Source: Nanopusillaceae archaeon | GTDB lineage: Archaea; Nanobdellota; Nanobdellia; Nanobdellales; Nanobdellaceae | Assembly: GCA_038833255.1 (NCBI GenBank) | Contig: JAWBIX010000011.1 | Location: 1 to 10,480, forward strand | Length of the DNA: 10,480 nucleotides | Direction: 5' to 3' | Translations under genes and position numbers: made by a program | The notes under the pieces: generated by a model | What the model saw: the letters and a program-made list of their open reading frames with translations, nothing else | Database searches by the model: none | What the model was told of the DNA's origin: nothing | In this document: positions 6,008-10,480 of the stretch, in pieces | Numbering within the stretch: position 1 is the first letter of the stretch | Layout of the letters: the number at the start of each line of letters is the position of its first letter

Positions 6008-6529
6008 TTAAATATAAAAACTCGCTTCTTTTTCTTTGTTTTTTAGGTGTTTTCTAATCTTATCTGCAAATTCAAAAACTCTTGAGTGAGAACTTCCGCT
6101 AATTAATCTCCTTAAAGTTTCATATGCTGCTTGAAGAGAGATTTCATCTCCAGCTATATATAAATATTTATTAATTAAAGATATCTTTGCACCAGTTCTT
6201 ATTTCGATTTCTTTTAAAGCTTTACCGTCTTCCCCTATAATTCTGCCTTTTATTCTAATTAAATGGTTTGTTTTTTTGTTAGAAATTTTTTTTAAATCTA
6301 TATCAATTATATCGAATTCTCCCAAATAAATTTTCTCACATATATCCAAAGAAAAGTTTGCCTTTACAGCTTTTATTACTTTATCGAATCTATAAGCATT
6401 ATAAAAATCTTCTAAAAAAATTTTTAATTTATTTTTTTCTCTGTGATATTTTATGTTTAGCTTTTCTAATAATTTTTTAATTAAATCAAAATCCAAATTT
6501 TGAATATCAATTTCATACACATATACCAT
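6008..6529 (-). CDS. KH-domain RNA-binding protein, Dim2/Pno1-like (COG1094 type)
   Basis: 173-aa ORF. The C-terminal half has a clear type-I KH core, LIRIKGRIIGEDGKALKEIEIRTGAKISL (its GXXG is GEDG). This is followed by IAGDE...AAYETLRRLISGSSHSRVFEF, which resembles the archaeal Dim2 C-terminus. The N-terminal half has a KH-like size but no GXXG. Confidence 0.65.
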   Translation of the reverse strand: MVYVYEIDIQNLDFDLIKKLLEKLNIKYHREKNKLKIFLEDFYNAYRFDKVIKAVKANFSLDICEKIYLGEFDIIDIDLKKISNKKTNHLIRIKGRIIGEDGKALKEIEIRTGAKISLINKYLYIAGDEISLQAAYETLRRLISGSSHSRVFEFADKIRKHLKNKEKEASFYI

Positions 6530-6548
6530 ATATTGCTATAATTAAAAA

Positions 6549-7406
6549 TTATATTTTTAAGTCTAATAAAATATTTTTATCAGGAGTTCTAGTTATTTTA
6601 TAAAATGGAATTGATTTCAAACCTTCTTCTAATGTAATTCTGTTTGATTTATAAAAAACTCCTATTGGAATTGTAGCATTTTCCTTTAAGTTATAATCAA
6701 ATTCTAAAGCTTTTTCTATAGCATTTTTTAAGTTTTTAGGATCATATTTTGTATCTTCAAGCTTATACATTCTTTTTTCATAATATTCTCTTGTATCATG
6801 AAAAGTGATACATGGTTGAATTATATCAACAAATGCAAAACCTTTATGTAATATTGCTTCTTTAAATATATAACTTAGATGATCTATCCATAGAGCATAT
6901 CCTCTTGCTACAAATGTTGCTCCAGCAGAAATTGCTAAAAGAATTGGATTTATTGGTTTTTGAAATATATTAATTCCTAAGGATTTTGATAAGAAATTCT
7001 CTTCAGTTGTAAAAGTATGTTGACCTACAGTTAAGGCAAATATTTGATTGTTGTGTACAAATAATTTAACATCTGGATTTTCTTTACATGCAGATATAAA
7101 ATGCTCTAACCCTTCATTATAGGTATCTCCATCTCCTTGAAAAACAATTACAGATAGTTCTGGATTAGCAATTTTAATTCCAATTGCACTTGCTAATGCT
7201 CTTCCATGCAACCCATTAAAAGAACTTAGATTTAAATAGTCTACAATCTTTGAAGCACATCCAATTCCACTTACAACAACAAGCTTTTCTGGATTTATTT
7301 TATTCTCCTTTGATAGATCTTCTATTGCTTTTATAAATGCAGATAGTATAGCATAATTAGAACATCCCGGACACCATGTAGGATTTGTTTTTTTTCTCAA
7401 TTCCAT
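6549..7406 (-). CDS. 2-oxoacid:ferredoxin oxidoreductase, beta (TPP-binding) subunit
   Basis: 285-aa ORF. It has N-terminal WCPGCSNYAIL and GIGCAS (Fe-S cluster Cys ligands), the TPP-binding GDGD...N motif (FQGDGDTYNEGLEH) and the distal Cys in IIQPCITFH. Its ATG lies 10 nt inside the end of the alpha-subunit gene. Confidence 0.92.
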   Translation of the reverse strand: MELRKKTNPTWCPGCSNYAILSAFIKAIEDLSKENKINPEKLVVVSGIGCASKIVDYLNLSSFNGLHGRALASAIGIKIANPELSVIVFQGDGDTYNEGLEHFISACKENPDVKLFVHNNQIFALTVGQHTFTTEENFLSKSLGINIFQKPINPILLAISAGATFVARGYALWIDHLSYIFKEAILHKGFAFVDIIQPCITFHDTREYYEKRMYKLEDTKYDPKNLKNAIEKALEFDYNLKENATIPIGVFYKSNRITLEEGLKSIPFYKITRTPDKNILLDLKI

Positions 7407-9040
7407 TCTTTTAATTTATTTATTATTTCGGCCGGTTTAAATGGTAAACCATCATGTTTTAATATAGCATTTTCAATAAAAAGACCTAGCTCTTTCGCTA
7501 TTAATTTTCTTAATTGCCCCGTTAAATTATTTTCTACTATTACTATTTTATTTGCATTGTTCAAAATTTCTGTTATTTTCTTTGGGAAGGGATGCAAATA
7601 GCTAATATGTAAATATCTCCAATTTTCTAAATATTTTAATGCTTCTAAGATAGGCATCTTTGAAGAACCCCAACTAACTATTAAATTTTTTCCTTTTCCA
7701 TATATCTCGAAAGGTTGAAAATTATAAATTTCCTTTTCAATATGATATATCTTTATTAATCTTTTTGCATGCATTTTTTCAGCCAAATCATGATTATCGT
7801 AAATTTGAATCCCATCTTCATCGTGTTCATAAGAAGAAACTTTAATTATTTTATTTAATCCAGGAATAACCCTTTTCATGTATCCAAGTTCTGTAATCTT
7901 ATAATATTTATATTCATCTTTTGGATGCATTTCGATATTTTTATCAATTTGTATTTTCGGAATTTCAATTTCGTCAAATGACATTTTCGATTCAGCTAAA
8001 AATAAATCTGATAAAATTATAACAGGAATATTGTATTTGTAAGCAAAATAAAATGCTTCTATGGTTCTTTTGAAAGCATCTGCAGGATCCCCTGGAGCTA
8101 TTACTACTTTAGGAAATTCGCCATGTCCGATATGTATTGCACTTAGCAAATCATCTTGTGCTGTTGCTGTGGCAATTCCTGTGGAAGGACCATATCTCTG
8201 AGCCCAGTAAATTACTATAGGTATTTCTGACATTCCAGAGAAGCTAATTCCTTCTGCCATTAAATCTAAACCACCGCCGGAAGAGCCAACCATGACTTTT
8301 GCTCCAGCATATGAAGCACCTAAAGCCATATTTATTACACCAATTTCATTATCTGGTTGATATACAAGAATATTGTATTTGTCTTTTAAAGATGCTAAAA
8401 TATGCATTACTTGAGTTGCAGGGGTCATAGGGTATGAAAAATAAATATCTAAACCTGCAAAAATTGCTCCATATGCTATTCCTTCAGATCCTGATAAAAA
8501 ATATTTTTCTTTTTTTCCATAACTTTTTAATTTAAGACATTCTTCAATATCTTTTTCAAAAACTTTATTTACAATATCTATATTTTTTTCATCTTTTTTT
8601 TTATGTTTAAAAGCATCAATTAAACTTTCCTTTTTAAATCCTAAAAATTTCCATAAAAAAGTTAATAAAATTGTATTTTCGTATTTTTGTTCTACGTTCA
8701 ACTCTTTGCATATATTTTTTAAGTCTATATTTATTTTTTTCTCGCATTTTATAGAAACATCTCCTAAAATATAACCATTCTCTTTTAACTTTTTATAATG
8801 CTTATCAACTGTAATTTGATCTAAAGCCAATATTATATCAATATTTTCATCAAAACAATATACAGGTTCTTCAGAAAATGATACAATATTATAGTTATGT
8901 CCTCCTCTAATTAAACTTTGATAATATCTATAATTAAAAACATAATAACCTTCATTTATCAATGCTAATGATAATATATCTGCCGTAAAATCTATTCCTT
9001 GTCCAGCTTTACCTCCTATTAATATGTTAAATTTTGTCAT
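7397..9040 (-). CDS. 2-oxoacid:ferredoxin oxidoreductase, alpha subunit (fused gamma + alpha domains)
   Basis: 547-aa ORF. The N-terminal roughly 175 aa form a gamma-type domain (ILIGGKAGQGIDFTADIL...IRGGHNYNIV). They are followed by an alpha-type domain (LSGSEGIAYGAIFAGLDIYFSYPMTPAT, i.e. the YPITP-like motif; GASYAGAKVMVGSSGGGLDLM). No ferredoxin-like delta domain or gene is present, so this is the two-subunit OFOR type known from Sulfolobus and Halobacterium. Confidence 0.92.
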   Translation of the reverse strand: MTKFNILIGGKAGQGIDFTADILSLALINEGYYVFNYRYYQSLIRGGHNYNIVSFSEEPVYCFDENIDIILALDQITVDKHYKKLKENGYILGDVSIKCEKKINIDLKNICKELNVEQKYENTILLTFLWKFLGFKKESLIDAFKHKKKDEKNIDIVNKVFEKDIEECLKLKSYGKKEKYFLSGSEGIAYGAIFAGLDIYFSYPMTPATQVMHILASLKDKYNILVYQPDNEIGVINMALGASYAGAKVMVGSSGGGLDLMAEGISFSGMSEIPIVIYWAQRYGPSTGIATATAQDDLLSAIHIGHGEFPKVVIAPGDPADAFKRTIEAFYFAYKYNIPVIILSDLFLAESKMSFDEIEIPKIQIDKNIEMHPKDEYKYYKITELGYMKRVIPGLNKIIKVSSYEHDEDGIQIYDNHDLAEKMHAKRLIKIYHIEKEIYNFQPFEIYGKGKNLIVSWGSSKMPILEALKYLENWRYLHISYLHPFPKKITEILNNANKIVIVENNLTGQLRKLIAKELGLFIENAILKHDGLPFKPAEIINKLKEWN

Positions 9041-9091
9041 TATTTACTTTAATATTGTTTACAAAAAATTAAATTATTTTGTATTCATCAA
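9041..9091 (-). promoter_or_regulatory. Intergenic spacer with an oligo-T tract and a TATA-like box upstream of the OFOR operon
   Basis: The minus strand reads UAA-UUGAUGAAUACAAAAUAAUUUAAUUUUUUGUAAACAAUAUUAAAGUAAAUA-AUG. The T6 tract (9068->9063) is a candidate terminator for the upstream gene pair. The AT-rich ATTTAATT block lies about 30 nt upstream of the ATG at 9040 and is a candidate TATA box. No Shine-Dalgarno motif is present. Confidence 0.3.
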
Positions 9092-9673
9092 TTAGTAAGA
9101 AAATCTTACATCTACAGCAAAAGCATCTTTTTCATTTATTAATAATGGGTTTATTTCTATTTCTTTTATTTTTTCATTTTCGTATAAATTAATTAATTTA
9201 ATAAGAATGTCATATAAGATATCGATATTTATTCTTCTATTTCTATAACCAAACAAAATTTTTGATAATTTTAAATTTTTTAAAGAATTTATTAACTCTT
9301 CTTTGCTAAAAGGAGGAACTAAAATAACATAATCTTTTAGTATTTCAGTATATATTCCACCAAAACCCACTAAAACAATTTTTTCAAAAATAGAATCTTC
9401 TTTAATCCCTATTATTAATTCAATATAATTTCCTTTGATTTGTTTTTGAATTATAATGTCTTTGTCTGGAAAGTTTCTTTTCAGATTATCATAAATTTTT
9501 AAAAGAGTATCAAAGTTATCTATATCTAAAAAAACCGCATTTTTGTCAGTTTTATGAACTAAATCAACTTTAACAACTAAAGGAAATTCTAGAGTTTTTG
9601 GAATTGTATTTACCCAATATTTTGGAACTTGAATTTTATATTTTTCTAATAACTCAAATCCCTCCTTCAGCAT
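9092..9673 (-). CDS. ATP-grasp domain protein: acetate-CoA ligase (ADP-forming) beta-subunit-like
   Basis: 193-aa ORF. As I recall the Pyrococcus ACD beta subunit, this ORF is colinear with it. ELLEKYKIQVPKY corresponds to EILKLYGIPVPEF. FPLVVKVD..VHKTDKNAV corresponds to YPVVMKIVSPQIIHKSDAGGV, including the conserved His. GFGGIYTEILKD corresponds to GLGGIFVEILKD. EIEINPLLINEKDAFAVDVRF corresponds to ELDINPIF...AIAVDARM. It is shorter at the N-terminus than the homologue. Confidence 0.75.
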   Translation of the reverse strand: MLKEGFELLEKYKIQVPKYWVNTIPKTLEFPLVVKVDLVHKTDKNAVFLDIDNFDTLLKIYDNLKRNFPDKDIIIQKQIKGNYIELIIGIKEDSIFEKIVLVGFGGIYTEILKDYVILVPPFSKEELINSLKNLKLSKILFGYRNRRINIDILYDILIKLINLYENEKIKEIEINPLLINEKDAFAVDVRFSY

Positions 9674-9677
9674 ATTA

Positions 9678-10175
9678 TTATTTTATGAAAGAAAAAAGCT
9701 TCCCTCCCTTATGTAGTGGGACCTTATTAATTTCTTTCCAAATATAACCGCTACTTTCTTTAGCCTCCCAATAAACAACTTCTCCTATATAAAAGACACA
9801 TTCACCTATTTCTTTTTTATCTATTAACTTACATTCAAGATACGCTAAATTATTTTTTAATATCGGTACATCTAGTTTTTTTCCAGAAATTACATCTAAT
9901 TTAAAAAGCTCAACTTTGTTCTTTTCTTTACCACTTACACTACCAATTTTTAGTATTAAATCTATATCATTTATAACAATCACTGAGAATTGTCTAAATT
10001 CTTCTATCAAGCAATTTGAATAATTTTCTTTATAGCTAGAAAATCCAACTGTTGGAGGATCTTCAGATAGAGGAGTTATCCATGCTATACTCATAAAATT
10101 TATTTTATTATTTTTTATACTCCCAGAACCAACTATTACTACTGGCCTTGGATATAAGATGTAATAGAATTTCAT
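9678..10175 (-). CDS. Flavin reductase-like FMN-binding domain protein (flavoredoxin family)
   Basis: 165-aa ORF. The pattern YPRPVVIVGS...INFMSIAWITPLSEDPPTVGFSS...FSVIV...L.ECKL is the typical Flavin_Reduct (PF01613-type) N-terminal signature. Its stop codon lies 4 bp upstream of the ATP-grasp gene's ATG. Confidence 0.8.
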   Translation of the reverse strand: MKFYYILYPRPVVIVGSGSIKNNKINFMSIAWITPLSEDPPTVGFSSYKENYSNCLIEEFRQFSVIVINDIDLILKIGSVSGKEKNKVELFKLDVISGKKLDVPILKNNLAYLECKLIDKKEIGECVFYIGEVVYWEAKESSGYIWKEINKVPLHKGGKLFSFIK

Positions 10176-10209
10176 GATATCTTATATCTCTTTTAGATAT
10201 TTTATATTT
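10176..10209. promoter_or_regulatory. Compact divergent promoter region with a repeated hexamer
   Basis: The 34-bp spacer between the divergent ATGs (10175 minus, 10210 plus) reads GATATCTTATATCTCTTTTAGATATTTTATATTT. TTATAT (10182-10187) is about 26 nt upstream of the plus-strand ATG. ATATAAAT on the minus strand (about 10205->10198) is about 26 nt upstream of the minus-strand ATG. ATATCT occurs twice (10177-10182, 10184-10189), and its inverted copy AGATAT lies at 10195-10200. Confidence 0.35.
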
Positions 10210-10480
10210 ATGAGAAAAATGTTATTAATACCATCAACTTTTACTGGAGAAAAGAAAGATATTAAAATCAGAAATTTTTTAATTTCACAAGTTGCAAGAG
10301 CAGCAGTAACATTCGGAATAAATGAAATAGGAGTTTATTATGATAAAGATCCCAAATTTGATTCTCATGGCCTGGGAAGATACATAGTAAAAGTTTTAAA
10401 ATATTTAAACACTCCACCATATATTAGAAAAATAGCCTTTCCTATAGAAAAAGACCTAAAAGAAATTGGAAGTTGTTTAC
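10210..10480 (+). CDS. Putative SPOUT-class RNA methyltransferase (DUF171 / Methyltrn_RNA_3, COG2106 type), N-terminal part; continues past the right edge
   Basis: Hand translation from ATG 10210 gives MRKMLLIPSTFTGEKKDIKIRNFLISQVARAAVTFGINEIGVYYDKDPKFDSHGLGRYIVKVLKYLNTPPYIRKIAFPIEKDLKEIGSCL, with no stop codon to the end of the window. The pattern I.QIARAA.IF.V.EI.VY...L.YLETPQYLRK..FP is the signature I recall for this family (human SPOUT1/C9orf114 homologues). An alternative start is the second ATG at 10219. Confidence 0.7.
   Translation, partial: MRKMLLIPSTFTGEKKDIKIRNFLISQVARAAVTFGINEIGVYYDKDPKFDSHGLGRYIVKVLKYLNTPPYIRKIAFPIEKDLKEIGSCL

Noticed and set aside
9085-9091. C-box-like UUGAUGA immediately after the ATP-grasp gene's stop codon. 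This mirrors the position of the real sRNA after pcm.
   Set aside because: The first position is U rather than a purine. No CUGA (D or D' box) and no second UGAUGA occur in the remaining 45 nt of the spacer. It therefore cannot form a C/D sRNA.
1-10480. Search for CRISPR arrays, transposase/integrase genes, terminal inverted repeats, toxin-antitoxin or defence-type ORFs
   Set aside because: There are no regularly spaced direct repeats. Every sizeable ORF has a housekeeping or metabolic assignment. Non-coding space totals only about 300 bp. Nothing indicates a mobile or accessory region.
1-10480. Search for tRNA, rRNA or other structured-RNA genes as GC-rich islands in the AT-rich background
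   Set aside because: The only short GC-rich patches (for example around 5600, 7430 and 8275) lie inside coding regions and encode conserved Gly/Ala/Pro motifs. No GC-rich island of 70 nt or more exists.

Overview
This is a very AT-rich (about a quarter G+C by eye, not computed) and extremely gene-dense archaeal chromosomal segment. It holds 12 protein genes, 10 complete and 2 cut by the window edges, with 10 on the minus strand.

Reading the minus strand from right to left:
- a flavin-reductase-like protein followed 4 bp later by an ATP-grasp beta subunit of ADP-forming acetyl-CoA synthetase;
- a two-subunit (fused gamma-alpha, plus beta) 2-oxoacid:ferredoxin oxidoreductase;
- a Dim2/Pno1-like KH-domain protein;
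- DNA topoisomerase VI subunits B and A;
- tungsten-type aldehyde:ferredoxin oxidoreductase, translationally coupled to protein-L-isoaspartate O-methyltransferase;
- a partial membrane protein.

The plus strand carries a PDCD5-like dsDNA-binding protein and the start of a SPOUT-type putative RNA methyltransferase.

The proteins are K/E/I-rich and look compact, which fits a thermophilic, streamlined archaeon. The lineage cannot be assigned from this window. Spacers are 3-83 bp, several genes overlap, Shine-Dalgarno motifs are largely absent, and TATA-like boxes sit about 26 nt upstream of several ATGs, suggesting leaderless mRNAs.

The one clear feature that the ORF track does not explain is a textbook C/D box sRNA (about 365-416, minus strand). 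It is squeezed between the pcm stop codon and the promoter of the next gene.

I found no CRISPR array, mobile element, tRNA/rRNA, defence-like gene or convincing novel multi-gene system. The remaining findings are modest observations on architecture and annotation.
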